Shown here: positions 38,031 through 50,905 of the stretch, in pieces
How the letters are laid out: every line of letters starts with the position of its first letter
How positions within the stretch are numbered: position 1 is the first letter of the stretch
Assembly: GCA_028534125.1 (NCBI GenBank)
Contig: CM052816.1
Span: forward strand, 77,316,001 to 77,380,000
Reading direction: 5' to 3'
Source: Lama glama
Taxonomy: Eukaryota
Length of the DNA: 64,000 nt
The notes under the pieces: generated by a model
The model's database searches: none
Seen by the model: the letters and a program-made list of their open reading frames with translations, nothing else
What the model was told of the DNA's origin: nothing
Program-made: the position numbers and the translations under genes

Positions 38031-41000
38031 CCAGAAGTGAAAAAGAAACCCTGGATAGTGGAGTTCCACCTGCTGGAAGCTCCAGGAGGGCAGGCTCCAA
38101 TCTGCTTGTCAATGAATATTGCTCCCCCAGCTCCAGGAACAGTCTTGGTCAGAATGGGCTGTGAATATTTTATTGCATTAGTGAATAATTAGAGAGTTTC
38201 AGAAATAATCTTGCCTGATTTTGGTCAAAATACCTAGATTCGGGAGCCTTTTATTTGAGTGTTCCTCTTGGCTCTGGCCCTGATGTTACCAAATCTGTTC
38301 TACTATTAACAGATCCTCTCAAATTTATTGCTCTAAATCAGTTGCACTTGATTTTTATTCCCTCAAATTAAAGTACTAAGCCTTAAAAACATGCCTAATT
38401 CTACAGAACATCATAGTGATGTCTGAGTAATTTAGTCAGAAGTTTCATCTTGATTTCAGTGAATTAGCCACTTGCATAAGTGTAAAAGTTTCAGAGGTGC
38501 CTTCTTTTGTACAGTGAATGTTTAAATTTGGGGGGGGGGAGCAGATGGCAAGACATAAAAGATACGGGCTTTGTGCAGGTACTTTTATTCTCACAGGAGG
38601 AATGTGTGCCTGTTCTATTTTAGGGAATATCAGGAAATGTGGTATTTCCTCTCCCCAGCTTCTAATCTGTTGGTCATTCTAAATATATGTTCCTTTATAT
38701 GAATTGAAAGCTTGGGAAATGCGTTTTGTGCCCAGCAGTTGTTATAGATGCTTAATTAGAATCGGTTGTCTTTTTTTCTTAACTGTGCCTTTTGAGCCCC
38801 TGTTCAACATCAGGAGTTTTGTGACCTTGCAGAATGAGAGTTTTTGATTTTTTAATTTCCTGTTCTAATTGGTCAATACCTGAACCCAACAAGTTGTTCC
38901 CACAAAAGGTAATTTTATCTTCCAACATTCTCTCATAAGCACTGTGCACACACTGTATAAAGGATGGATTCTGTCAGTCCTAAATCTTAAGTCAGGTCAT
39001 TGCCTTATGTCTTTTGCCACTGTCCTTGCAGTGAAAGCTCTTCAGACAAATTGCGAAAGTGCGTAAACATCTGTTTTATATGTCAGTGATACATGTAGAG
39101 GCTTAGGTGCTTGTTAAAGCACTTTTACTGCTGCCTTTACATTTCCTGTGTGAACTGTAGAAATGCAGGAGTTCCTCATTTGTCTTCCACTGTCTACAAT
39201 TTACAGCACATACATTCTTACCAGTTCTGGCTGCTGGCGCTGCTGCTCGTGTGAGCAAAGGTTGTGTTTTATCGAATATCATTTTATGCTTTTATATTGA
39301 AAGTTGTGAAAAAACTTCTGGTAGGTGAATTTTTCTTGTGTTTTTGCAGAGAGGTGAGAAAATCTTGGTCCTTACCCATTCTTTTGGTTTGTGGGGCAGA
39401 TACAAGCTTGGAATCATTGTATGTGCCCATAGTTGAGACTGTGTATCTGTTATTATGTGGCAGTGTCCTAGAAGACCACAAGAAGGTGCTGTTACTTCCA
39501 GAAAGTGTGTGGCTCTTCCCTAGAGGGTGACTTGGGATACTGAGGCCCCTTGCCTTCCTCTAGCTGCTTCTTCAAGGAGACCCTGGAATAGAGGACAGCT
39601 GAAATGGTGGTGGCAGGAACATGTGGTGGAAAGTAACAAGTGGTGGCAGAAATAATGCTTCCCATGACTAATATTAGAAGTGCTAATGGAGCAGTGAGTT
39701 GTGGACTTTCTATAGACAGGATGTGCCTCTTGAATTGGGGATGAGGGTAAGCTGGAGAGAGGTGAGACTCCCCCACTGCAACTTCAGTGCTGCAGCCCCT
39801 GAGGGCACCAGTGCACCACCTTAAAGCTGGGTGCCAGCCATTCCCAGCCACAGGCTTGGAGACCTGCCACCATACCAGTGAGGTGCTGTTTCACGGTTTA
39901 TGCCCTAGTATTTACACTGTAGTACAAAAGTGAACGAGGCAACATTTTAGGATCCTCTTCAAAGAAACAGTTGAAGTTGGGAGTATCAGTCTTCATTGAA
40001 TTGGCACCTTATCCTCTGTTATTCCTTGCAGTTACCTGGATCACCAAAGGTTTACTGGAGAAATAAAATTGAGTTTTTTGGGGGAGAGGCTGGTTCTGAT
40101 TTCATGAAAGAACTATATAGAACTAAAATGCAAAGCACTTAGAGGTAAGGGAGCTTTAGCAGTCAAGCAAAACCAAAGAAGATATAGAAGTTGAGAGCCA
40201 GAAGGGACCTCAAGTCATCTGGTCAACTTTTTAAGTTTACTGGTAAAGAAACCAAGCCCCAGAAGTGTTCTAATTTGCCCAAGAATCCAGTAGTTCCAGA
40301 CTGGTGTATTGTAACCATGATTTGCTGATTCCTAACTACAGGGTTCTGAGCTCCCCTCTGGAACAGCAGGAAATATGTGGGATCACTGCTGTGTCTCCAG
40401 CATAGAACAGTGCCCAGCCCACAGTCGACTGATATTTGTTAAATAAATGAATCCGTAAGACAATTTTTGAGAATTTGATTGCCACATTGGCTATAAGATG
40501 ATAATAATAAAATTTGAAAGAATGTCCAACTTCATGAGCTTCCTGTTAAACAACAGAGCATATTGCTGTTAAAGCCCAGACTGTTAGGCTGATATTAGCC
40601 AGATGGGCAAGTGAAGATGTGGAGTTTTACTTACTGGCTTGACACCTTTCACTGGATTTTCTAATGAATCATTCTGTTCGGCCTGCTGGGATCTGATGTC
40701 ATTCAAGTTTTATATTTTGCATTTGAAAACGTGCCTGCTTTAAAATCTAGTATCTGTTGTCTGAATTGTTTGCTATTTTCCTAGATGTATTTTTATCGAT
40801 AGTTTCACTGTTTTTAAAACTTAGGGCCATATAGGAATTTGATTGTTTAAAAACAAATCTAGCTATTAGGTTTGGGGAATTGTCACTTTCAAATGCTGCT
40901 GGTGGGCGTTTCAATTGTTATAACTTTCCAGGAGGGCAATTTTGTATTACTCATCGAAAGCCTCAAAAATGTGCCATGTCCCTTAGTCAGGCATTTCCAC

Positions 41001-44000
41001 CACTAGGAATTTAAACTAAGGGGAAAAAAATAAAGCATGTGTACAGAGATGGACCTATAGCAGTGGTTCTCGCCTACACAATGCATGTGGGCACCGTGTT
41101 CCTGTCAGAAGCTTTCTCCCCGCACACTGATTCTTAACCTGGTGGGAAGTCTGCTTGGTGGGGCATCTCAAAATCTGGGGGGGGTGCTCTCCGAATTTGG
41201 AAAAAATTCATCTCCAGATTCTGGTGACCTCCACAGAAAGTACACCAAAAAACCCAACCTCTAATTTGCCAAAGTGATTTTTGGAGCTTTGTTTATGATA
41301 GTTATAAACTAGAAACAACTTAAATGCTTAGTAATAGGGAGATTGATTACATAAATTGTGGTGTATACATGTAATGGAAACCCCTTTCTTCATTGATTAG
41401 TGAGGTAGGGGAGTATTGATTGATGTGGAAAGATACTCAACATTTGTAAACAGCAAATTGAAAAAGCAGTTTGCAGAACAGTATGTGTAAGTTGATCTAA
41501 GGTTTTTTTGTTTGTTTTTGGAGAGAGAGAGAGAGAAGGAGTGAGTGAGCAATTTTCTACCTAGGATGTAGGAAAATGCCAGGAAGACTGTAGACCAAAT
41601 ATTAGGTGAGATTATCTCTGTGTGTTCAAATCACAGGTGACTACTATTTTTATTTTCCTGGATTTCCAACATCTAAAGCATGTTGTGCAGTAGAGGGGAT
41701 GAAAGCAGATCCCCTTGGGAAAGTTCTGTGTCTGATTTCTCATCCGTAGAATGGGAATAGTAATACCCAGCTCACTGTGTCCGCAGGTTGTGAGTAAGTA
41801 GTAGATAAATGTTACCTTGTCCTCACTATTCTGTTATGAGTAAGGCCAATGTTCCTATTAATACAGAATTTCGAAGCATAATAGCTTATATCAAACTGTT
41901 GTGAAAAGCATTTAGGACATTTTGACAAAATATTTCATTGCTTCTGGTCACTGGGAAATATTTTGTTGATTTTTTATTTACTTTAAAATTAAAATGCTTT
42001 CCATTGCCAAGAGACTTGGTTTTGAATTAAAGGCATTTTTTTCCCTTCTGTTGTCATCTTCAATCGTCCTGTATGAGAAGTTCTTGAAGATCAGGGTCTG
42101 ATCTTCTTTCCTTTTATGAAGTTGTTAAAGTGAATTGTGAGTCATTATTCAGCAACTCTTAAGGGCCTCTCTTTTTTTTCCAGGCAGTGGGTAGGAGTCA
42201 GATCTGTAGCAGTGCCTGGGACAGACACATCCCCAACCACTTGAATGGCAGGGGAAGTGACCAGAACGGCTCAGGGCCAGGAGGCACACGCACTCAATAA
42301 ACATGTTACCTCAGTTGACAATCAAATCAACAATCCTCTCTTGCAATTTTATTTTTTAATTTTTTCTCCTGCAATTTTAAAAGAAATTGTATTGTGATGT
42401 GTCTTTTCAGTGAACACAAACCTTGCCTCCTGTCTGTTCTACCAAGTCCGTGAAGAGCAAGTGAGGTCATTTCACCTTGACATCCACTGATGATTTAGTG
42501 ATGACTTGTGTTATACATGTGTGAGAATATCCGAGGCTAATAGTCTTAAAATTGCACTATACATCTTCTGTGAAGGACATGCCTTTTTGAGACTATCTTG
42601 TATAAAATTATTGAGATGGATTTCTGCTAATAAATTTATGATGGGTGGAATTCATGGATAGCCCATGTGAGAAATTCCAGCACATGGTCTCACTGAGGAT
42701 GAGGGTGATAAAGCATGAGGTTTAAAATAATGTTTCCATTTGATGGTATATAAAAATACATTTATTTTGTAATTTGTTCCTTATATAGGGACAGTTTTTT
42801 TTCTTTTTAAAGCTGGCAAGAGCTGTAAATATTTTGATATAAAATAAGCCCTCAGTAGTCATGAAAAATGTCTTGGAACCTTCATGACAAACACTAATCT
42901 TGCATTTTATTTCCCTTAGACAGCCTAATAAAAAAAAGCTGGTTTTATAAATCATTTTTTCTTGTTCCTGTGTAGAATGCATGTAGAGGTCATGTTACAG
43001 GTTGGAGCCACTAGCAAAGCCAACATTTTATTCTTTCTTTCTCTTACATTTTTTCTGTCTACACCATTGCTTTCCATGGCCAACTTGACTCCCTTGGCCT
43101 CCACTGAAACTAGCAGTTACCTTTGTTTTTTGAGCTGGGGTGTAGAGGAGAGGGAAGAACCACTTTTCATGAAGAAATACTCTATCTCTCCTGAGATGTA
43201 CTGAGTATATACAGAGAGAGCCACCAAGCTCATGTTGATCTGCAGACATTGGGCTGTTGGCTGCACGTAGCACTTAGCCAACTTACTCTTTCTCAGATGA
43301 CAGCTTCAATAAATGACAGATGATTCTGTTTTGGAACTTTTCACTCACTTACAAATAGTCAGAATTGTGTTTGCTGTACTCATGCATTCCATGAGCGACA
43401 TTGCTGGGATCCAAAACTCAAACACTTACAGGGGCAGTGGAGGTCATGTCCATTGCTGAGTGGATCTGATCTGCCTTTTGTCTTTGTATATTTGATAGAA
43501 ACAATAAGAAATATTTTACTTTCTTCTTAATTCTTCTACAAGGCAGTGATCATCTAGATGCATGGCAACTGGAATTTGTCTCAAGTTTGGGCACCACTAA
43601 GGAAAGACACTGAGGAAGGTTGGATCTGGAGCAGTGAACTGAGCTTGTGTTTGACAAATGGACAAGGAGGAGTGGAGTTGAGGGGACATTCTGGGTAGAG
43701 AGTACAGTGTATGCAGGGACACAGAGGACAGCTGAGCCTGGCATGTTTGTTGGGACTCGAGCGCAGGGCTGGTGTGGGGCAGAGGGCGAAGGCAGGCGGG
43801 GCTGCAGTTGGGCGGCATGAGACCGTGGAGAGCCTCACACCACACTAGAAGCTGTCCCCTCTTCTGGTAGGCCAGAGAGAGCCACGGAGAATTCCAGGCA
43901 TGTGAAACGGACGTTTCAGAAGAGTGGCTCCAGGTTGTGTCATGGAGGCTTGGGATCCAGAGACCAGTGAGCAACCTGGCAGTGGTGCAGCCGAAGGACG

Positions 44001-44299
44001 AGGCCCCAGCCAGGCCCCAGCCAGGCACAGTCCTGCTTTTCCTGGTAATGTTGAGGCAGTGACACATGCAGAAGGAATGACTCTGCTTCTCATGCTCGGT
44101 CCGTCCTGCCCTTTTCCTAAAGCTTCTGATTAAACTGAAGTGATGAGAAAGTGTTCAGGATGTTTAAAGCTCTCAAACACAGATCTGTTGGTGCCTTACC
44201 CTTTAGTTGCTAAAAGTTTGAGGGGTCCCTGAGTGTGGGTGGTGTCATAAACAAGGGAGCAGGTGAAGTGGCAGTGACAGAGCGGCCGCTTGAGCTGAA

Positions 44300-44575
44300 G
44301 ATGTTGGTCAGAGGGCGCAGGCTTTCTGCTGTAAGTTCTGGGATCTGTAGTTAATGACACTGCATTATAGACTGGAGATTTGCTATGAGCGTGGATCTTA
44401 AGCATTTTTACCACACACGAAAAAGAAGACACCTGTGAGGTGATAGACGTGCTTTTAACTTGATTGTGGCAATCATCCCACAATGCACCTATGCCTATAG
44501 CAAATGATCACGTTGTGTACTTCAAATACATACAATTTTATTTGTCAGTTATACCTCTGAAAAGCTGGGAAGAAA
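44300..44575 (+). mobile_element. L1MA9-like 3' end
   Basis: tttgctatgagcgtggatcttaagcattttt...gtgaggtgatagacgtgc...ttgattgtggcaatcat...caattttatttgtcagttatacctc. Confidence 0.7.
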
Positions 44576-44759
44576 TAGGGAGTAGGTTGCACCTATGAAG
44601 AGAAGGGATAAGAATACTTAGAGTCATATTGATATTGAAGCAAGAATTTACAATAATTTGGACAATAATAAAGACAACAATAATAGCTTTATGTTTCATA
44701 TTAATAATACCTTAATGTTGGATTATCTACTTATTAATTTTTTAGACAAGAAATGAATC

Positions 44760-45650
44760 CCTCAATTTTAACACCATGGGAGAATGGGATTTTAGACATT
44801 GTGATAAAATGAGGAGACAGAAGCATTGTCCCTCTTCGTATTATTTTGGCAGTTACGTTCCATTATTGGTGCATTTCACTAACCAGTCTTTTGTGCTTTG
44901 CCCACATGTTGCTGTTAAATTGTGTCTCCCCCAAACTGTATTTGTTCATTTTCTGTGCGTTATTGTCATCACCATCACCATTTTATTTGGGACCCAGAAA
45001 TTATCAATGCTAAATTTATCTTATTGGATTAATTTATTAGATTAATTTATCAGAATCCTCATTATGCATCCAATATATTTACTATTTTCGCCTAATTTTT
45101 TTGGAGGAGGATCCACAAATCTGACGAGTGTGATTCCTGTTTCTTCCTCCAGTTCATTAATGAAAATGTTTAGAAAAACAGAACTCTGTCACATGTGTTC
45201 ATAATCTTCATCCAGGTTGATGTCATCCGTTAGTTGGCACCCTTTGAGTAGGGTTGTCCACGTGGTGAAAGAGCCCCCTTCACCCTTTTTCACACAACTC
45301 ATAAACATCTTTAAGGTGTTAGGAAAGGTCTTGTTCAAATCCAGATACTTCCTGTCTGTTTCTGCCCCTGGCTTTCCCAGTTCAGTGACCTCGTCAAGTA
45401 AGAGGTGAGGTGGGGCTGGGATACATCGGATTAGGGCCCCTTTTCTGATGCATTCTGTAGTCTTGTCCAGGATCAATGTCAGCTCACATGTCTCTGGTCT
45501 GTAGAACTTGCTGTCTCGATAGAATGCCCCTTTCCGAGATAGTTTTGACAAATGCCAATTATTTCACATTCTGAGGTATTTCTCATTCTCTTTTCCACCT
45601 TATGTAGAAGACTCAAGTACACGTTAGGTAAATGCTGTGCTTCCACATAC
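44760..45650 (-). mobile_element. Ancient CR1/L3 LINE reverse-transcriptase fragment
   Basis: Minus-strand translation gives CR1 RT motifs in the expected order: FYRP..ELTLILDK (cf. NYRPVSLT..PGK), YLDLNKTF (cf. YLDFSKAF), QSSVFLNIFINELEEE...RFVD (cf. QGSVLGP.LFNIFINDL...KFADD), NKYSLGETQF (cf. HQYRLG..WL). Confidence 0.8.
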
Positions 45651-45967
45651 TTGGAAGTTGTAACCCTGGTCAGAAGCTGGAGATTTTATTTCAGTTCCTT
45701 TGTTTTTTTGAGAAGCATTTGTATTCTAAAATAATGCTTGGGATTTTGAGATCTAGGATTAAATAATATGATAAAGAAAAAAGAAAACCATTTGAATTCT
45801 TTTGGAGAGGAGAGCTTTCAGAGTTCAGCCCCAAAGAATGTTAAGAAAATATTCAGGCACATTTTGGTCAATATCTGTGTCCTGAAATATAAGTCCTCAA
45901 ACGGTTTATATTTTAAGATTATTTCAAAAACAAGGCAAGAATTTTTTCATTCTGATACATTTTGAAA

Positions 45968-46310
45968 CAGGTTGTTAACTGGCGCCCTAAGAACTGTATT
46001 TGGCTTGAAAATGTATTTTGTTTGGCCTACAAAGTGTTTTTTAAAAGATGGGAATTAGTTGCTAGCATTTAAAAATAAGGAGATTTCATATTAAGGGAAA
46101 AAAAAGGCCCTGCACTTCTGGCCTTTTGAAAACCTTGAAGGTCTGTGACTACACAGGACGCATGTACGTTACCTGCATGGAGGTAATACAGAGGTAAGGA
46201 GCTAGCTAGGGCTGCCCCCCAGGGCCCTCCCCTCCTTACTGCGTTTCCTGGGGCCAGCATCACTCACTTCATCTGCCTGGCCCTCAGTGTGTCTGAGCTT
46301 GCACCTGCCT
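45968..46310. mobile_element. MER102/Charlie4-like hAT element
   Basis: tgtattttgtttggcctacaaagtgtttt...gaattagttgctagcatttaaaaataaggagatttcata. A related copy lies at ~52925-53215. Confidence 0.6.
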
Positions 46311-46330
46311 AGTCAAGAGCTAACCAGTTG

Positions 46331-46476
46331 TGGGGGAGGGTATAGCTCAGTGGTAGAGCACGTGCTTCCCACGCACCAGGTCCTGGGTTCATTCCCCAGA
46401 ACTTCCACTTGAAAATAAATAAGTAAGTAGATAAATAAGTAAACCAAATTACCCCACCCCAATTTTTTTTTTTTTA
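46331..46476 (+). mobile_element. tRNA-derived SINE, camelid vic-1-like
   Basis: Same head as the 30.3 kb copy. Perfect 16-bp TSD AAGAGCTAACCAGTTG at 46315-46330 and 46477-46492. Confidence 0.92.
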
Positions 46477-49400
46477 AAGAGCTAACCAGTTGAAAGTGTG
46501 CGTAGAGTTGGGAGGACTGTAAGGCGGTAGCAGTTTGCTGTCTTGTTCCCTGACGCAGACTGCCTGGCCTTTGTCTGATGTGACGCTTGGAAGAGCTTGG
46601 CAGAGCAGGCGGTATTTCCTCCAGGAACGCGCTCCACTGGGCGGGCTGGGGAGAGCAGCGTTCCTGTGCACGTTCTAGGCCCCCTGCTTCACGGGGGTGG
46701 CCAGTTAAGTGTCCTAAGAAGAAAACAACTCATGACATTTAAAGTGGGGAAAGTAAGCCTGGGTCGAACCTGTGTGATTTTAGAGAGGTTAGGGGATTTG
46801 TCTGAGGTCACACCCCTGACACCTAGTCAGTGGTGCAGCGGGGACTGGAGCCCCCCACTCCTGACTCCAGTTCCATGAGTTTTCACTGCACATTTTTCAG
46901 TTTAGTATAAGGGTCTCGAGATGAGATTTGTAGTCAGATCTGTATTTAAATCCAAGTTCTGCCCCTGACTAGCTGTGTGACCTTAAGCAAGTGTCAAAAA
47001 CCTCTCAGTGCCACATTTTCCTTGTTATAAAAAGGGGGAGAATAATGATAGGGTTGACTTCATAGGGTTGTTATGGGGATTAAATCCAATCCGATTAAAT
47101 CCAATATTGCATTTAAAGAATGGAAAACGATGCCTTGCCTGTAGTAAACAATGCGTAAATAATGCATGATATCTGAAAAGTAGTATTTATGAATTCTGTG
47201 TTATGGGAGGCTTAGCTAAAACCAGCATTTCCGCTACTCAAAATTGTTACATTATTATTTTTTTTCCTCTTAGAATTTAGAAAGGGCTTTAAAGGATAGT
47301 TTTACTCCATGTATTAAAAATAAAAGCTTCCAGGATTTGAACCAATATTGTCTTTTTGTTCATAAATTTTCCAGTAGTGAAGAAGTGCATTCAAAAGCAT
47401 ACCATTCAACTTTCTCTTCAAAATATAAAATAAATCATTGGGTGTCACCAAACTATTTTAAGTCCTTACCAAAGATGCCCTTGTGGGTGGGTTTGTTCAA
47501 GTCACTAAAAATAGATCTTGAACATGCAGTGCATATAAGCCCTCTTAGATGCAGGAGTGTTGTAAAGACAAATCTCTGCTTTTAGGGAGCTTCTAATTAC
47601 TGGAAAAAGAGAGTGGGAGGAAGGGAAGGGCTAGTCTTCATAATACTTGGTGTGATATAAATGCCCAAAGTGGGACCTCAACACAGTGCAGAGGGAGCAT
47701 TAAGAGAATGCCAGTATCTGGATGTGGTGGGCTGCGAGAGAGCCAAGAGGCAGCGATGCCTCAGCGCAGGAGTAGGCAGGGAGGAGAGGCAGATTGTAGA
47801 GTCGAGTTTGTATTTGAGTTTGGACCTATAGTCTGAGGAGTTGGTGTGACAGCCTCCAGATGTTTGGCCCAGAGTTTGAATGAATGATAAGGATCAGATG
47901 GAGATGATGTTCAGAGCCAGACAAGTCATCGTGGAAGATGGATTGTAGGAGTCCCTGCTGGAGGCCGTGGGATGAATGAGTGATTTAAGTGACCTATGCC
48001 AGAGATGCTGACGGGCCTTCCAGAGCAGTGGGAATGGAAGTGGGGTCGATGCTAGGGGAAGAGTCAAGGCGTGTTTTGGAGGTAGAACTGCTGAGTAGGT
48101 GGAAGAGGGCAGGAAGACAGGAGTTCCGTGTGACCCAGGAGAGATGGGTACCAGGAATGGGGACTGGGGCCCAAGGGACAGGATTGGAAGGGAAAGGGAG
48201 TTTAATTTTGCACATGTGGACTTTTTGAGGGAACTGTGAAATATCTAAGTGGGTATGTAGCATCAAAATATTTTGTCATTCCTGAAGGAACTCATTTGAG
48301 TGGAACTGTGCAGATAAGCGAGAAATTGCTCAGGAGATGGTTAGTCTGTAGCTGGGAAGAGGCCAGTTCTGGACGTACAGATTAGGAAGGCATTAATTTT
48401 GAGTGATGGTTAAAGCCGCAAGAATAGATGATGCTGCTGAGGGAGGGAATGTGGGGTGAAGGAGCAGTGGATTGGAGGAGGTCCACCAAGGAGGTTGAGC
48501 AGAAGTGAGATCCCGAGGCATCTCAAGTCAGTGGAGGAAGGAATGGATTATTTAATTAACAGGATTTGGACCAGTGGTAACCTTTGGTTGGGGAAGGGGA
48601 AAGCTGGGTCCCTGACTCATACTGTTCACCAAAATTAACTTCATATGGATTAAAGCTTAAAATGTTAAAAGCCTTAACTGTCCTTGAAAACAATATACAT
48701 GACAGTTTTATAATCTTGGCATGAGAAAGAAGTTAACAGTCAAAAACTATAAAGAACGAAATTGAGACATCCAACTTAATAGAAGTCAAACAAAAACCTC
48801 AGTGAAAGGTCAGAAAGCAAACTGGGAAATATATTTGCAATGTATGTAACAGAATTAATTGGCATACTATATTTCTTTCTAATTGAGTGGTAAGGAGCAG
48901 ATTAATGCCTAATTAGAAAACCAGGCAAAAGATAGAATAAGCAGTTTATAAATAACGCTACCAATAAACATATGAAATGTTATTTTGATTACATGAGCAA
49001 GGAAATGAGATTTATGACTAACAACTGGAAGAGATTCAAATTTAAAAAAGAAGAAAAGGTAAGCCTTGATGGTAGTGAGTGTGGAGAAGCGTGGCCTGGA
49101 GGATGGAGCTGTTCCTGGTTCTTTTTGAAGGTGAGTTTTTATCATGCTTTCTTGCATGTTAAGGATCTCTTGGCATGGTTTTGTTCAAGAAGGAATGTTC
49201 TTCATGTTGTTTCTTTACTACAGTAGTTGAGTGTCTCACCTTTGTGATAGAAGGAAAAAACAGGTTCATTTGTCTAATGGACATTCATTACCATTTATTG
49301 AAGGCTGCTGCAGTCACCCCTCTGCCCAGCCGAGGTGAGAGATGAGTAGACAGGTGTCCCTCTTTGTGGTGGAGCCTCCAGGAGCTCCTGAGGGATGGGA

Positions 49401-50684
49401 AGAGTTAGAGTGTGGAGAAGGTCACAAGGGCTATTCCACAGAGCGACAGTTTGAGGGGCGGCCCGAGGCCCGCAGGAGTGCGGAGGATGGGGAGCTGCAG
49501 GGGTCTAGCTCCACTGTGGGGGGGGGGTGGAGGTGGACTGGAGGGGCTCAGTGTACCAGGCTGAATAGTGACTCGATGTCAGAGCAGCAGGAGCTTTTGA
49601 GAGATTTTAAGCACTAGAGTGATGTACTCAAATGTACTCTTTTGGACGTGCTGAGGTGTGAACAGGCTCTCGAATTAACAGGGAGATACTGGAATGAAGA
49701 TGACCAAAACCAACTGTGAGGAATGTAAGGATCCTGAGAAAAATCTAGATGAAAGTGTATAAAAATTCCTGGGAAATGCAGAAAAATAAAAGCTAGTTTC
49801 TTACAGCATAAGTTAAATTTCAATATCATTCTCCTGCATGCAGAATGCAGACTAAAGTGTGACTGTGGAATCCCCAAGCAGCTGAGCTGACCTTTAATTT
49901 AATTGTCAGACTTTCAGATTTAAACTGTCCTTAGTGTTTTATTGTTTTAACAGTGCTCCCAGGTCGTAGGAAATACCTAACGATTCTTTTTATGCAGAAG
50001 TTAGGTCCAAACAATTCAATAAGTATTTATCACCTGACAATTTAGTAGCAGTTTGAGAAAATAATGCATATCAACTGAAAGGAAATAATGTTTAAAATTT
50101 TATTCTTTAAAAGCCACACACATGAACCTACTGGGTGCTGCATAGCTTCTTAGACATTGGAAGCAGATTGGGCACTGCCACCCCGTTTCCATTTCTACAG
50201 TGATTTGGGTGGTACCTGTGTTTTATCACAGCATCTAACAACCCTTCCCTCCCACTTCACAAAGATATGACGTCCTTGAGAAGAACGCAACATGACCTAC
50301 TGTTGAAACTGAACTGCCTTGAGATAAAGGTTGTGACTAAGATGTCAGTTTGTTTCCTCTGAACATTTAAAGTTCACTGTGGTACCCTAGTTTGTTTGCT
50401 TCTGTGCCTTGGGGCATGCCAGCACAGGGTTTGGGAACCACAGCTCTGGTTCCCCGTGTTGGCCATCCTCGGGCTAGTGTGAAGCCTGGCAGTCAAAGCA
50501 TAGTGCGCAGACATGCACGTACTCACTTAGGTGCTGGTTCTCACCCACCCATCAGCCAGCTTCAAGTTTTGTGTGTTCTCAGTGCAGGTGCTGTGCTTGG
50601 ACACTGGGGGTCTTACAGTGAATGGAGAGACAGCATTTCCTCTCAGGGAGCTTGTAGTCTGCTGGAGGAATTACAGGCTGGGAG

Positions 50685-50905
50685 AAGGGTCAGCAGACTT
50701 TGTGTAAGGGGCCAGGCCGTCCAGTATTTTAGGTGCTGCAGGCATGCAATCTCTGTGGAAATCGTTCAGTGCTAACACCATAATGTGACGGCAGCCCTGG
50801 GCAGTGTGTAAACAAGTGGGCGTGGTTGTGTGCAAGTGAAACTTTATTTACAAAAGCAGTGGTGGGTCCAGTCTGGCCCTCAGGTCAGGGTTTGTGCAAC
50901 CCCTG
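50685..50905. mobile_element. MER58A-like hAT element
   Basis: ggtcagcagacttttgtgtaaggggccag...gtaaacaagtgggcgtggttgtgtgcaagtgaaactttatttacaaaagcag...caacccctg. Confidence 0.75.
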
